The position numbers and the translations under genes were made by a program. Of a stretch of DNA of 64,000 nucleotides, positions 38,078 to 51,592 are shown piece after piece; position 1 is the stretch's first letter, and every line of letters begins with the position of its first letter. Below the pieces are notes generated by a model. The model worked only from the letters and a program-made list of their open reading frames with translations. It did not search any database and was not told the DNA's origin. The DNA is taken from assembly GCF_036321535.1 (NCBI RefSeq), contig NC_087436.1, positions 13,888,001 through 13,952,000 of the forward strand. Reading direction: 5' to 3'. The stretch comes from Camelus dromedarius (taxonomy: Eukaryota).

Positions 38078-38698
38078 ATACTTCCTCACTGCTTATGGTG
38101 TTTTGGTCAAACCTTTCCTCAATGACATTCATAGCTCATCACAATTCCTCCCCTCTCTTTCCAGACCCATCCCTGCATCCTGCAACCCAGCTGTGTTCCC
38201 ACCACTGTCGCCCCATCTCCAGGCTCTAGCTGAGCTGAGCTGCAAGCTGTTTCCTGAATTCCACGACACTCTTGCCTTTACTTATTGATGTAATCATTCC
38301 AGTTGCCATTATTTCTCATTCTACGTGTCTGTCCTTGACACCCCAAATTTGGACCGGTGTGTACCATAGGTCTCCTAACGTTTCTGGAACTTTACTTTCC
38401 TATCAACACAGGTCTTCAGAGAACTCCATGCCTGGACTACACTTTAAGGGATACGGGGACTCATGTGTCTGATATAAATGCCTTCCCAGACTAGTGTTTA
38501 GGATGTAAGCCCCAGGAGGAGACAGCCTTAGTCTTCACTAAGAGCCAGTGTGAGAGGTGTGTGATTTAAACCGTTCAAATCTCAGTTTCTTCATCTATAA
38601 AATGAAGGTACCCAATACCTACTTGACACCGAGTGGTGTGTAAGAAGCCAAGCATGGTGTCTGGCCATTTGTTCAACAAATAGGTGCTGGTTGACTTC

Positions 38699-39238
38699 TG
38701 AGAGACTGAATATAAAGATGGACAATGGTCAGACCAGATAGAAAAATAGAACTGGGACCCACCTGCCTGGGAGACCCATCCCCTTATCTACGTGAAACAA
38801 CACAGGAAGCCAGCCTGCTACAAGTCAGAATTGTAAGGAAAAGTCAAACTGCTATCTCTGGTAACAATCCAACAAACTAAACAATAAATTCTGTACCACC
38901 TGGCCCCAAATGGCTAGGGCTTGATAACTAATACTTTTTGTCCCTGCTTCCAACTTAGGAGCAACCAGAGAAAGCCAAATTTGCACCCCTCAGCAATCAC
39001 AGAGGTTTGCCCACTACTAAATCGTTTGCCTCCAGCTTCCCAATGTCAGCAGCTCCCAGTCAGGGCGCATCTGCAGCCGCCCCCGTTTTCCCACTATGGG
39101 GCTTTCCCACTCCTCTGCCTGACCCTGAGTCTCTGACAAAACACGAGGGATGGTGGCTGACCCCTTGTTACAGCAAGTGCTGAATCAGTAGCCTCTTTTT
39201 TTTTGTTTGGTTGGTCTCTGTTTGTATGTGCACTTTCA
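38699..39238 (+). mobile_element. ERV1 solo LTR (MER90-like)
   Basis: TG...CA; tgagagactgaa...aaaaatagaact start resembles MER4-group LTRs from memory. Confidence 0.6.
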
Positions 39239-40703
39239 TGTGTAAGATACTGGGCTTAGTGCCAGGGGTCTAATGATGGACATGGACCCTCCCTCTTGGA
39301 GCTCACTTTCTAAAAGCAGGGCCAGGAGGTCAATAAGTCAGCAGACACAGAGATGGAGGCAGGCAGAACTTGGCGAATGTCAAGACAGCGGTGCGATGCC
39401 GGGTACCCAGGCGTCAGAGGTGGTCTGCCTTAGCTAGGGCATCTGGGAAGACTGCTCCGTGTGGGAGGAGTTTGTGCTGAGGCAGGGAGGATGAGAACGA
39501 GCCAGCCATGTAAAGAGGGAGCCAGGAGCATTCGGGTCATCAGGAACAGAGAACAGCCGGGCTCCAGGGTGGGAGACCACATGGAAAGTTCTAGGAGGCC
39601 AGGGAGGCTGCAGCACAGTGGGCGGGGAGTGGTATGAGAGGTAACTCAACAGTCAGTCATTATGGCTAATACTTATCACTTGGCTCTAATGATCTCTTGT
39701 TGTCTTAGAGTTTTATTACAGCAGTTTCCAACACTTCTGGAGTGGCCATTATATAAAGAAAAAGGTGAAGTCATAAGCTACAAATAACTTAACAGCTACC
39801 ATTTATGGAGAGCTTACCACATGCTTTCTCTGACTTAAATATTTAATTCTCCAAATAATCCTGTATGGGAAACTATTATTGCTTTCTTTTTGACAGATGA
39901 AGAAGTGAGACCGAGAGTTTAATAAATCTGCCAAAGCTGACACAGGGACTGAATTAAAAAGCAGGATTTGAATCAGACAATCTGAGTCCAAAGCGGACAG
40001 TGAGCTGCTAAGCAGTGCTGCCTGTCCGGGCACACAGCTACTGTGAATCCATTATTTGATGGGACACACTGTCCTCCTGAGTTTATAATGGTTACTGTGC
40101 TTGCTGGTAGCAGGAAATATGTTTGGAATCCATAATCTATAATCTCTTATGAGAGGTTCACATAATTTCAAATTCTATTTATGATTAAGAAGTAGGGTCT
40201 AAGGGAGTGTGAGTAAAATTTCCCTTACAAGAAAAAGAAAGAACTGTAATTCAGTAACTTCTTTTTCTTTTCTTTTCTGTCTTGTACTTTAGTGCATAGC
40301 TTTTTAGTACACTTAAGCAGTGTTACTTCTCTGTTTTTTTTTTCCAGTAATATTTTAATAATCATTCTCAATTTGCAGAACTTATCTGTTAGACATCTTT
40401 ATAATTTATTATACAGATGTTTATGGGGGGCAAAGTATGCCCAGCTTGCAGAATTATAGGTTAGCTCCCCTGCTGAAACCAACAATTTGTGCTACGTAGA
40501 CACAATGAAGATTGATTTTATAATTTAAATTCGGTCAGAGAAAGGAAGCAGGCAAAATAGTCTGAGGACTGAGAAAATGTGTTTTGAATCACTCAGTTTC
40601 CAGGTGGAGTTCTGTGTTAGTGTCTAACCTCTGATTGCCCAAAGCCTCCCCAAATCAAGCAGCCGCACGGCCACGCAGTAGTACCTGCAGTCCGCTCACT
40701 TAC

Positions 40704-40941
40704 ATTCCCATCGTGGTTTGGGCACGAGAGAGGCTTCCCCGCAGCCACAGCGGTGACCGTCTCCAGGATGGAGGACTCCTCGGCGTTGCTGCCTGGAGTT
40801 CGCTGCAGCACATCCATCAGGTTCGTGATGAAGAAGTTGTTCTGAAGCGCGGCCACCCCCTTCTCGGGTAGGATGGAGGTCTGGCGGCACACTGGGCAGG
40901 AGAGGGTTAAACTGTGGGCGGGAATGTAGTTCTGCAGGCAC
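40704..40941 (-). CDS. TRIM2: TRIM2 exon 3 (238 nt): [20 protein letters not shown]...[11 protein letters not shown]; end of RING, start of B-box
   Basis: Within ORF 40617..41039(-); acceptor aacag|G, donor AAT|gtaagt; phase 2 to 0. Confidence 0.97.
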
Positions 40942-41189
40942 CTGTTGCCAAAGCAGAAGAGAAGGAGGGCTGTCAGCACAGCGGGGCTCCTGGAATGGGT
41001 ACCATACACGTTCTCAGTGACTACAGGGCTACTCGGCATAATCTTCCGTGGTAGTTTCCTTTACTGGGAAAGGAATATCTCTGAGGTTAATAAGTAACCT
41101 CACATTGGACCCGTCAACTGATCAGGCAAAGGATTCTGCTAAAAAAAAAAAAAAAAGAATAATCTCACTGGCTTTGGTAGTGTTTCTTA

Positions 41190-41345
41190 GAGCTCTGTCA
41201 CACCAGCAAAGTGTGGTCCATGGGTGAGCATCACCGGCCTCAACCCAGAGCTTGGAAGAAATGCAGAACCACAGGTCCCACTCCAGACCCAATGAATCAG
41301 ATTCCAAGGCAATTTATATGCACATGCAAGGTGAAGATTGGTCTA
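41190..41345. mobile_element. MER5A-like relic; a similar one lies at ~21630-21800
   Basis: caaagtgtggtcc...agcatca...gaaatgcaga...ccagacc...gaatcaga. Confidence 0.6.
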
Positions 41346-41621
41346 GAATATCTAGTATGGTGTTCACGAATTTGTGGACTTTCACACAAATTGGGAGAAA
41401 CATGTCACTTTTTGTTGTTGTTAACATTTAAACTCTTTTTACATACAAAATCATCAGCAGATCTCAGGTGTTGAAAACATATCAAAGTGGAAATGTTTTG
41501 TTTGAAAGAGGGATGGAGTCCCACCATCCTGACCTCTCTTTAAAAGGTGTCAAATTTAATTCATTTAATTAGCAAAACGTATGGCTAATAATGAGTAACA
41601 CTGCTCACTAAGTTCAAAGTA

Positions 41622-41853
41622 TAGTTGACCACGAACAACTAGGGGTTTAGGGGAGCCGACACTTCCTGCAGTGGAAAATCCACATGTAATTAGAGCCAGC
41701 CCTCCGATTACCCGGTTCCTCCGCACCTGCGGTTCTGTGTCTGAGGATTCAACCAAACGCAGATCGTGGAATCCCATAGTATTCACCACTGAAAAAAAAT
41801 CCGCAATAAGTAAACCTGTGCAGTCCAAACCTGTGTTGTTCAAGGGTCAATTG
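41622..41853. mobile_element. Tigger2-family non-autonomous DNA transposon (MER8/Tigger2a-like)
   Basis: Terminal inverted repeats tagttgacc.cgaacaac / gttgttcaagggtcaattg; TA on the left flank. Confidence 0.8.
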
Positions 41854-42174
41854 TCCTTCCAATAACCCTGTGATCACCCTCAGACACAAGCGGAAGCGCA
41901 GGCAGAGAGAGGGTGCTATTTGCCCGAGGGATTTAGGTGGTCAGAGGCAGAGCAGCAGGTAAACGCAGGCAACCTGGGATCAGAATCTAAGCTCTCCATA
42001 ACTGCAGTGTATACTGTTTACCAGTTTCTCCGACAAACAGAATGTGAAAACCTCCAGTTTCGCTCCATTTCTTTTATTTTGCAGATGAGGAAATTGACAT
42101 GGAGGAGGTAAGCTGACCTTCCCAATGTCACACACGTCGGTAGCATGGCACTGAATCAATACCAGAGACGAAAC

Positions 42175-43415
42175 AGCTTTCTCTAAGGTCACTAGTGACA
42201 TCTAGATCTAACAGACATTTACTTTTCAATACTGTCTTACTGGACTTAACAGTATTCATCACGTTTGACCACTATCTCCCTACCCCTCCTTTTTGGGAAA
42301 CTTTATCCTTCCTTGGCTTATGACATCACACTCACTGGGTTCTTTCTGCCTGCTCTTTTCGACTGAATCAATACACTTTGGAGTTAAGCAAGGCTTACTG
42401 TAAGCCTTCTTTTCTCCCTGGGGTATTGCATTACATTGTAGTGCCTAAAAGTAAGCATAACACTCCCACATTTATGCTTCTTCCCACACAGATGTCTCCC
42501 CTGAGCCCCACATCTGTACACCAACTGATCTCTTGACCTCCCCTCTTAGATGTGTCACAGGTCCTAATACTCACATGTTCAAAACCAAACCCTTGACCTT
42601 CCCGCAAACTGTGTCCACCCCTCTAATCTCAATGAACTACACCTCCATCCAGTCATCTAAGCAAACCAGAATGTAGGAGTCGTTCTTCAAACCGTAATTC
42701 CCTTACTGGCCTTCACTGTCCACATCCAACCCATCACCAAAGCCTGGATATCCCTAAATATTTTTCCAGCTTCTCCAGGTCTCTGTCTGCATCACACCAC
42801 CCTTTCTCAGGTTTCTGCAGTCGCTCTGCACCTCGTGTCCGGTCATCCCCCTTGTACCCCGCTAACCCTTCTCCATACTGCAACCAGAGTGACCTTCTCA
42901 AAACTCACAGCTCACCATTCTCCTTCCTCTCACTTTGAAGGTGAAACCCTTCTGTGGCTTCCCCTGTTCATACAAGGAAGACAGGAGTCCGTATGTGGTG
43001 ATAAGGATTATGCACCTGTATGATCTGACACCTAGACATTTGCTTTCTTCTTCATTTGCTGCACGTCTGCCACACTGGGCTTATTTAAGTTCTTCCTAAG
43101 TGTCACGGTCCCTCTCACTCTCCACATTTGCACATCCCTGAAATTCTTTCCTTCTGCTCACTCCCCTTTGCTAAATTAATTTTTACTCACCCTTGGGATT
43201 TCTACTTAATCATCGCTTCTGCATGGAAGCCTTCCCTGACTAGAGCAAATTCCTCTATTATGCGGTCGCCTGTGTGCGTCTGGTATGTAGCACTTGTCTT
43301 TGGTTTAATTTCACATTAACTGTAGTGATTAGATGGTTAACAACTGGCTCCTCCACTTAGTTGTAAGCTTCATGAGGCCAGGGACTGAGTCTCTGTCTTC
43401 CAAGCCCCACTGATG
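42175..43415 (+). mobile_element. Ancient L2 fragment
   Basis: Pyrimidine-rich L2-like run aaggtcactagtgac...ctcacatgttcaaaacc...gtaagcttcatgagg; many smaller L2/MIR relics elsewhere are not listed. Confidence 0.6.
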
Positions 43416-44479
43416 GCATTTTGGAAGAAATGACAGTAAGAGGGCTGCTCTTCACTGGCTGGTGTTTGTGCCCGGCAGGAGGTGGAGGTAAGTGGTCTTG
43501 GGTCTCACTCGCCAATGACAGTAAGACCAGCCTTGAAATTTTGTCTCTATGTAAACAAAATTTTCCTATTTTAAGGAAGTACATAATTGCAATGCAAGCA
43601 ATGCTAAAACAATGTCAACATACAGCGTTCCATAGGGACTTGCCATGGTAGGATCTTGAAAATTTCTGCCACTAGCTATTGGATGGGAGTTGGAAGTGGG
43701 CTGAAATAGTCCTCAGTGAGAGGGCAGGGAGCAGACCCAGGGCAGCCCAGAAGGGTTGCTTCTCACCTATCAGAGCAAGGAAATAGAAGCCAAACAACAG
43801 ACTGCCCAGGCATTGAACAGCAGGGGATGGGGCAGCTCTGCCAAGCTCAAACTGAGTGGCTCTCAGCATCATGTACAGAGTTCTAGGCTGTGTCGACTGC
43901 TGCATTTCAAACAGTCATCTTACCACGTGAGCCCGGGGAACCGTGGACAGTCAGCTGGGGTTCATGTTTTAGCTACATCCATGGAGTGAAGGGGAAGTCA
44001 CTCTCCATTTAGCCATTTTGGAGTATGAATTATAAAGTGCTTAAGCCAACATATAAAATGAATAAAGTATCAGTGCCCTTATATACCACCACTTCAAACA
44101 AACAAAAAGTAGACACACATGCACACACACACACACACACTCCACAACAACCCAAAACAAAGAAACAAAACACCACAACCACCAGTAACAAATCCACCGA
44201 ATCCATCCATCCATCACCACCAAGGATGTGATTTTTCTATTGCAGCTGAGACCTTCCAAAGTAAATCAACTCAAAGCACGTTCAATCAGATAACAAATGT
44301 ATGTTAGATTGGATTGTAAATGTAATTAGCATTGATGTGAAGTCATTGGAAATACCAGTTTCCTGCTCTATGATAGGAGGTAAAAAAAATTAATTTTGTG
44401 CATTAAGTAATAAAGGAAAATATATTTAATAAAATGCTATAAAAATAATTACCATATTTGCTTTTAAGAAAAATATGCA

Positions 44480-45017
44480 GGAGAGAAGGGTATAGCTCAC
44501 TGGTAGATCGTGTACTTAGCATGCACAAGGTCCTGGGTTCAATCCCCAGGATCTCTGTTAACTAACTAAATAAATAAACCTAATTACCTCCCCCATCACC
44601 AAAATAAAAAACAAACAAACAAAAAATACTTTGATCCGTATACCACATCAAAAAAAAAAAAAAAAGGACACAAATGAACTACTTATTATTTATAACTTAG
44701 ATGATTGATTTCTTGAATATGTGTAAGTACATTTGACTGTCCTTTATGATTGGATTACCACATTCTGTTGATTCTTATTTTGTGGCTGGCTTTATTCCTT
44801 TGATAACTATGTAAGTTTAAAAAGCTAAAGCTCTAATCTGTTCTTAGAAACAATGATCAGTACACATATGTAAACTAATAAAAAGTGCAGTATATTGTAT
44901 ATATGTATTTACATGCAATATAATGTATATGTGCAAACTGTAATAATTCTATCTAATAAAACTGAAAAAGAAAAAAAAACCCAAAAAACAGTGAATGTGT
45001 AAGGTAATATAAAAAAA
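44480..45017 (+). mobile_element. Vic-1-like SINE whose tail carries a nested polyadenylated retroelement 3' end (~44630-44980)
   Basis: Head 44480-44558; approximate TSD aagaaaaatatgca/aagaaaatacgta. Confidence 0.75.
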
Positions 45018-45499
45018 AGAAAAATACGTAAACTTACTACGGAAATAAAGTAGACCACAGATAAACTAATTGCTAACAATGTTTTTAATGCTTAATTGCT
45101 GATGGTGTAAGTTGAGCAAGAGGGTAAAAATATATTTTGAAAATTGATTAACTCAATGGAAAAAACTATTTAAGAAAGATTAAAAAAGAAGTGTGTTTTC
45201 ATATGTAGCAAACTGTATATTCAGGTAATTTATAATTATTTCATATATATATACAGTTTTTTTCCTTCATCTGCAACATCATAACATGTGCCATCAGTAT
45301 GTGTCTTCTGAAGCATCTTTGGAAGAAAGATCTCTCTTCAACTAACTCCTCATATATGCAGGTATTTTACCTGATTCGTTATGTGGGAGAAAGTGGTAGA
45401 CTTTTAATTGGCCTCACCAAAGATCCTCTCTGAGAGATGTGTGGTGGGCAAAAACTGTTTCACAAGGAACAAAGGGAAATAAAATTTTTTTTTCATTTT

Positions 45500-45625
45500 T
45501 TTAATTGAATGTTTCAGGCATACAGCAAAATGATTCATTTATATTTATGTACATAAGTCTATTCTTTATCAGATTATTTCCCATTAGAGGTTATCACAAG
45601 ACATTGAATATAGTTCCCTGTGCTA
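45500..45625 (-). mobile_element. Short L1 3' UTR fragment
   Basis: acattgaatatagttccctgtgcta motif shared with the other L1 3' ends. Confidence 0.6.
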
Positions 45626-45887
45626 AAATTTTTTCAATCTTAAAATACTTAATGCTCCATCTCCCGTGGAAATAAATCAGTGGCTACTGGATTACTTCCT
45701 CCTACTTAGAGTTGTTTGAAATAAACTAAATTATTGGCAACTCGTGGTTATGTTTCTAGATATCTATCAGAAGCACAAAAGATTTACTGCCTCCCATAGG
45801 TAACTGGAGAATTCTGGAAAGAACCTTTTGGCAGGTTGCAGGAGGTCAGTCTGCGAAACTCCCTCCCCCAGCACAAAGGAGGCTTAC

Positions 45888-46072
45888 CTCTCGCAGAAAG
45901 TGTGCAGACAGGGGAGAACCTTGGGATTCTTGTACCTCTCCAGGCATATACTGCAAATCAGAAACTGCTTGTCAATCTGCCGTACCACAGGACTTGGGAT
46001 GTTGGTGGCTTCACTGGCCATCCTAGACCACTGACATGGGGGGCCGGCTGTCTTTGACCCTGCACGCTGCTG
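45888..46072 (-). CDS. TRIM2: TRIM2 exon 2 (185 nt): [63 protein letters not shown]-terminal half of RING; internal ATG at 46021
   Basis: Manual minus-strand translation matches the TRIM2 N-terminus as recalled; acceptor gacag| at 46075-46073, donor AG|gtaagc at 45887; phase 0 to 2. Confidence 0.96.
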
Positions 46073-46374
46073 CTGTCAGACAGAAAAACCAAGATGGAAA
46101 AACATATGATAATCTATAAATGCAAATCAATCATAGGCTCATTCATTATACACTGTATTATGAATACAGGCAGAATTCCATGTCAGTGACCTCAGAATGA
46201 CCATAATCAACCCTCCTCACTACAGACGGTGTACAGTGAGAGGCCTGTCTTGTAAATCAATAAAATAATCACAAGTTCACCACGCAAATAGGACAAATTA
46301 GAAGAAAGTATGTTGTACAAAGAGGGAGCTTGCTGGCTTTCAAAGCAGGGGCAGCTGAATGGAGGAATACTTAC

Positions 46375-46392
46375 ACAGCTGTACCTGTTCAT
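46375..46392 (-). CDS. TRIM2: Candidate coding end of an alternative first exon (MNRYSC), in frame with exon 2
   Basis: gaagccATGAACAGGTACAGCTGT|gtaagt: Kozak-like ATG, consensus donor, phase 0. Confidence 0.45.
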
Positions 46393-46543
46393 GGCTTCAG
46401 CCGGGACTGTGTTTGAATCTATGTTTATAGTCTTATTAAAATACTACAGCCTAGATTATATATAATATAATATATAGACCATTATAGTCTACCTCACATA
46501 GAATGGTCTTATTAGGAGAAAATGTTTTCCCAAGTATTATACT

Positions 46544-47087
46544 TGAAGGGGCTCAAAATAAGCCACTTTGACATAAGGATTATTTTGAGCTGAAGGCAGT
46601 TGAGAAACCACAGATGAGGAAAAGCTCTCTGCCCTCTCCTATCTGCCTAAAAGTAGGGCACACATTTCCTATTTGTAAAGGAAGTTTTCCCCCAGTACCT
46701 CCATTAAAAAATAAATAATGAGGCAGGGGAGATATATAGCTCAAGTGGTAGAGCGCATGCTTAGGTCCTACATGAGGTCCTGGGTTCAATCCCCAGTACC
46801 TCCCTTAAAATAAATAAGTAAACCTAATTACCTCCCCCCGCCAAAAACAAAAACAAAGTAAAACAAACAAACAAACAAAAACACACAAGAAAAAAAAATG
46901 AAAATAAATATTTTAAAATATTAACTCAATAACATTCAATAAAATATAATATGTATTTTTTTCTTTTGGAAAAATGAAATATCAATAAAATGTGTACACC
47001 TTTTCTTCTGATATATGTCTTTTGTCACTTTAATTCACAGCCTTCGGTGACAGAACTTAAGATCAGAGAAGTTTTCCCTCCCCTACA
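46544..47087 (+). mobile_element. MER34-like LTR interrupted by SINEs
   Basis: tgaagggg...gccactttgacataaggattattttgagctgaaggca start; ends ...ttccctcccctaca. Confidence 0.65.
46691..46900 (+). mobile_element. Vic-1-like SINE (46722-46900) preceded by a SINE 3' fragment, nested in a MER34-like LTR
   Basis: cccagtacctccattaaaaaataaataa fragment followed by a full head and A-rich tail. Confidence 0.82.
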
Positions 47088-48485
47088 TACTGTTCATATG
47101 CAGGAATGGAATAGTTAAAATTTTAAATGAAAACCTTTGTATGTGGTTCAGAATATTTTCTTCAGAGCTAAAGATCTATAGACTTCATACTAAAATATAT
47201 TTGCCATGGATCAGGGACAAAGTCTAGAGGTGGTCTTTATTATTTTAAGAAATCTCTACTGGTATCTGAGGGTCTGGTGAAGTGAATTAATTCAGAGGAG
47301 GTTTCAAAATGTGAGAGATCAGGCCAGAAAAGGAGACTTGGAAGAGGATAACAAAGAGAAAACGAAGGGCCTATGAAAGAATAAGGGAGGGAAGCGTCAC
47401 CACATATAACACAGCCCCGTTTACCACCTTAAAGAATTTCTGGCTTCTATCCCAAAGCCCACCAAGGCTGAGCTAAAATTCACTTCTGAATTTTCTTAAT
47501 ATTTCTAAGGTGTCCACAGCCTCCCCCAATTCCCAACAGAAACACTGTTTCCAAAAAAAAAAAACAAAAAAAGAAATGTAGTTAATGTTCAATATGATCC
47601 TAGTCAGGAAGGAGTATTATTCCCATTCTACAGATTTTTAAAAACCGAGGCTCAGTTACGAAATTTGCCAGAATGTAAAACTATGACCTTTTCAGCTGCC
47701 GCACCTCCCTTGACCTTGTGTTTTAAGAAGGCTGTACTATGTATGGAAGCCGGGTTTTTATACATTTTAACTTGGCCTGGGACCTGTGTTTACAGAATTG
47801 ACAATTCTATGCTTTCTAAAGGAAACCCTCTTTTCCAAATATAAATGATGGTTCTTCTTTCTCCCTATCAAATCACCAACTTTCAAAAAGTATGTCAACT
47901 TTTATCAAGACAATTATGCTATTTAGACATATTTGAGGAGAGTTACAAACATGATGCGCCTATTTTCCAGTTCTGTACCTTCTAGGTCAGGTCTCTGAAG
48001 AGCATGACTGATCAACAGATTGAGCTAGAGAAAGCACCTGCTGTACCAGAGGGTCACGTTCAAACAGGACTCGCTGCGTTAGTTAAGCAGTGTAGATGGG
48101 ACATATCTAATTAGCCGGCATTATCTGCTAGGCTTTCGTAGACTGTCTCTCTACAGAACTATTGTAGAGAATGATATCCATTGATGGGATTAAATGGAAC
48201 TCTTCTCCCAGGAAATCAAATGTTGGCACAGTCTTCTGCTTTCTTTAATCACATCCCTATGACATCAGAGTAGAGAAGGAATGGATTTGTCTGGCTTGAA
48301 GATAAGGAAACCAAAGCTGAGGGTTTAAATGACTAGCTCAAGGTCATCTGGTAAAATCGGTGACTCAGAAAGCTCAGATTTCAAGTTTTCTGCTTTATCT
48401 GATAAGTTGATGAGACCTAATCTTAAGCAAATTTAATACAACTGGTGTGTGTGTGTGTGACTTGAAAATTCTTATAAATTATAGA

Positions 48486-48814
48486 GGGCTCACTTCAGCA
48501 GCACTAACATTGGAATGATACAGAAGAGTGACTTGGGGGAAGAGATAAATTGAGAGTTTGAGTTTTGCAAATGTTAACTGCTATATATAAACATAGATAA
48601 AAACCGAATTTCTTCTGTATAGCACAGGGAACCATATTCAATATCTCGTAATAACCTTTAATGAAAAAGAATATGAAAATGAATATATGTACATATATGC
48701 ATGACTGAGACATAATACTGTATGCCAGAAATTGACACACTGTAACTGACTGTACTTCAATTAATTAAAAAAAAAAAAGATTGGCTTCACAAATTTGTGA
48801 AGCGTGTCATATTT
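48486..48814 (+). pseudogene. U6 snRNA retropseudogene, split by an L1 3'-end insertion (48535-48776)
   Basis: gggctcacttcagcagcac..taacattggaatgatacagaaga resembles the U6 5' half; cacaaatttgtgaagcgtgtcatattt plus A-run resembles the U6 3' end. Confidence 0.85.
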
Positions 48815-51592
48815 AAAAAAAAATCATATTGAACTTTTCAGTTAAAATGAAATTTTATTTTGAATAAGTTTTGAAATGTTCATATTACCCTTTGAAAGAA
48901 TCAGTCATGCTGAGCACTGAACAAACAGAGAGAAAATATCATATTGGATTTTAGTCTTTTTTTTAACCTTAAAATTTTGGATTTTTGGCAAGGAAAAAAA
49001 CATTTGTTTTAATCAAATTATAGACATTGACTAAACAAAATTTCCTAAGCTGACATTTTTATTCTCCAAAACAGAAATAAAAATATTTCACTCTAAGTTT
49101 CATTCTAATTTTAAGATAATTATTGTAGTGGGTGAAAGTAAGTCTTTGTTAGTACTGATAATTTATATGGTAAATTAAGTTAACTCATTAACACTAATTT
49201 AAAATCTTGACAATATTACAATCGGTCATAAGAGATCTGTTGAAGACATCTGGATTTTCAGGACCCCCAGAATCAACACAAAAGGATTCCAACCCCCAAA
49301 GATCCCCAACCCAAGACTCTGCCAAGATAATGATCTTTCCCTGAATATAACTGGATACACACAATAGAAAGAAATTTGATGACTCCTGAAGGGATAATGT
49401 GCTTAGAAGACTGGAGTCACAGAATGTGCTAATAAGCACCAGGGAAGCTTTCCATCCATCTGAATAAGCTGCCAGGAGTATACACAAAATATACAACAGC
49501 CTTTCATCAGAGCGCTTGGGCACAACCAGAAGTTTCTGGTCTGCTTGATTAGAAAAGTAGTCAATACTTATCTAGATTCTCAAATGTTCTCCTTTTCCCA
49601 TCTTGGTTTCTGAAGTGTCAAAGAGCCTTCTCGCTCATATAACCAGCAGAAGTAAGTCCACGCTAATAGAGATCAGAATACAGAACTACTCTCGACTGGG
49701 GATCCACAGAACTAATTTCTGGAAAGACACGTGAAAACATGCCTGGGCTGGAGTCTGTCTCTGAAGGAGCCCAAACGGTTTGGGATGAAGGAACTAGCAC
49801 CAGACACATTGACAAAAGTCCAACAGAAAGGAAAGGAAGCAGAAGCGAAGTCAGCAAGAGCCATTTTAAAACTATATAAATAGCCAACATTAGTGTAATA
49901 TTGACATTATTACACTGAAATGTAACAGCTCTTGTGTGGGGAAGCTCAGGTTCCCCGTCGGTGGAAAACCAACAATCTTGCTTACAGAGGGGTTCACTCC
50001 CCTCTCCAGCTCTGTGCTTAACTGCACCTGCTCAATCTGACTGTTCTGTTTAAAACTGAAACTTGCCCCCAACCTCCTAGCACTGGCTACTCCGATCCTG
50101 CTCTATTTTTCCCCACAGCACTGGTCTCTTTCCAATATCGGGTGCAACATGTTTGTTTTGCATACTGTCTGCTCCCCCACCTCACTAGGATGTCAGATTC
50201 ACGAGGGCAGGGACTTTTGTCTGATTGCTCTGCAGCAGTCCCGCCCCTAGACCTGTGCCCGCTACAGAGTAGACACTCTTTTTTTTGAATGGACTGAACA
50301 AATGAACTATATCATGGGAATAGACTCAGTTCCAGTAGCAGAGAAGAGCGGCACTTGCAAATTACAGGATAAAGAGCATGGGCATTACCGGTCATGTGAC
50401 CATTTTCACTCGACATCAGACATGACCTGCCTTCCTGTGTGAGTCTAAAGCTTAGCAACATCAGCCCTGAGCCAGACAGTAAATATTTAGTGACATATTT
50501 CAACATATTCACAAATGCAGGAAAAGAAATTGAGAACTACTGAAGACGCACAGAAATAACACATAAATTCCTTATTAGTGGGGACTTGCCAACTGAACCC
50601 AGCTCGCGTGGGTAAGAACAATGTAGCAATCACGTCACACAATCCTCGGGCACAGAAAAATCCTGTCCCAGCATATCTTTCCCCATGTCATCCCTGGTAT
50701 TTTGCCTGGCACCACTTTCTCGAATCTCCTACAACTTGGTGGTAATTACAACCAAATGGAAAAGAAGAACTCAATAGGAAGAGAAGAAATGAAAATGCCT
50801 GCGTCCACAGTTCTAAAGCTGAAACCACACTTCCCGCCCCACATGATATCATTTAGATCAGAAAACTATCCAAACCCTTAACTGCTAATACCAGAGTGGA
50901 GAGGAGCAGGGAGGGAGGCTGGCAGAGAAAAGACAGACTGAAAGCAGGATTCTGGAGGAGGGGAGAGAGCTGGTGAAAGCTTGTCTGGCTCGTCTAAGGA
51001 AACATGGTTGGGAAACAGGTCAAGAATCCTTCGGAAAATAAAGTTTTCACATGTGATTTGTGGGTAAGCATCTTTGTTTATACATCATCCTAAAGGCACT
51101 AGATTCCATTTCTATGACTTAATTTTATGGCCTTCCTGGTTAGGGCTTCTCTTGGTTGCCACTTAGCTGAATTTATTTATTAATATTGTTACTTTTTTTT
51201 ATTGTTCTGGGGCCAATAACAATGGTGCGGATATGCTAAAATTAGCTTCCCAAGAAGCGAAAAATCTTCTGGTACATTTATAGAAAGGAGATCTTGAACC
51301 CATAGGATTATCTGTAACTCACAATGTGCTAGCTTTTACCTGCCCAAGCAGGTGGTCCCTAGAGCTCAAGGCACAGATTAAAATAGAATTTTCAAAACAA
51401 GGTCTTTTTAATTATTCAAATTTATGAGCATATTATTCACCTGCCATGGAGTTTGCATTGTTCTTGAGGACTCAACTAAAGGAAAGAAAAGAGGGCAATC
51501 TGCAGTGAAATAAAAACAGGGTGACCTATTTCTAGTTAAATCAAGCCTCTATCCCAGATGGGTCATTTTGTAAATTAGAAAAGCCACATGTA

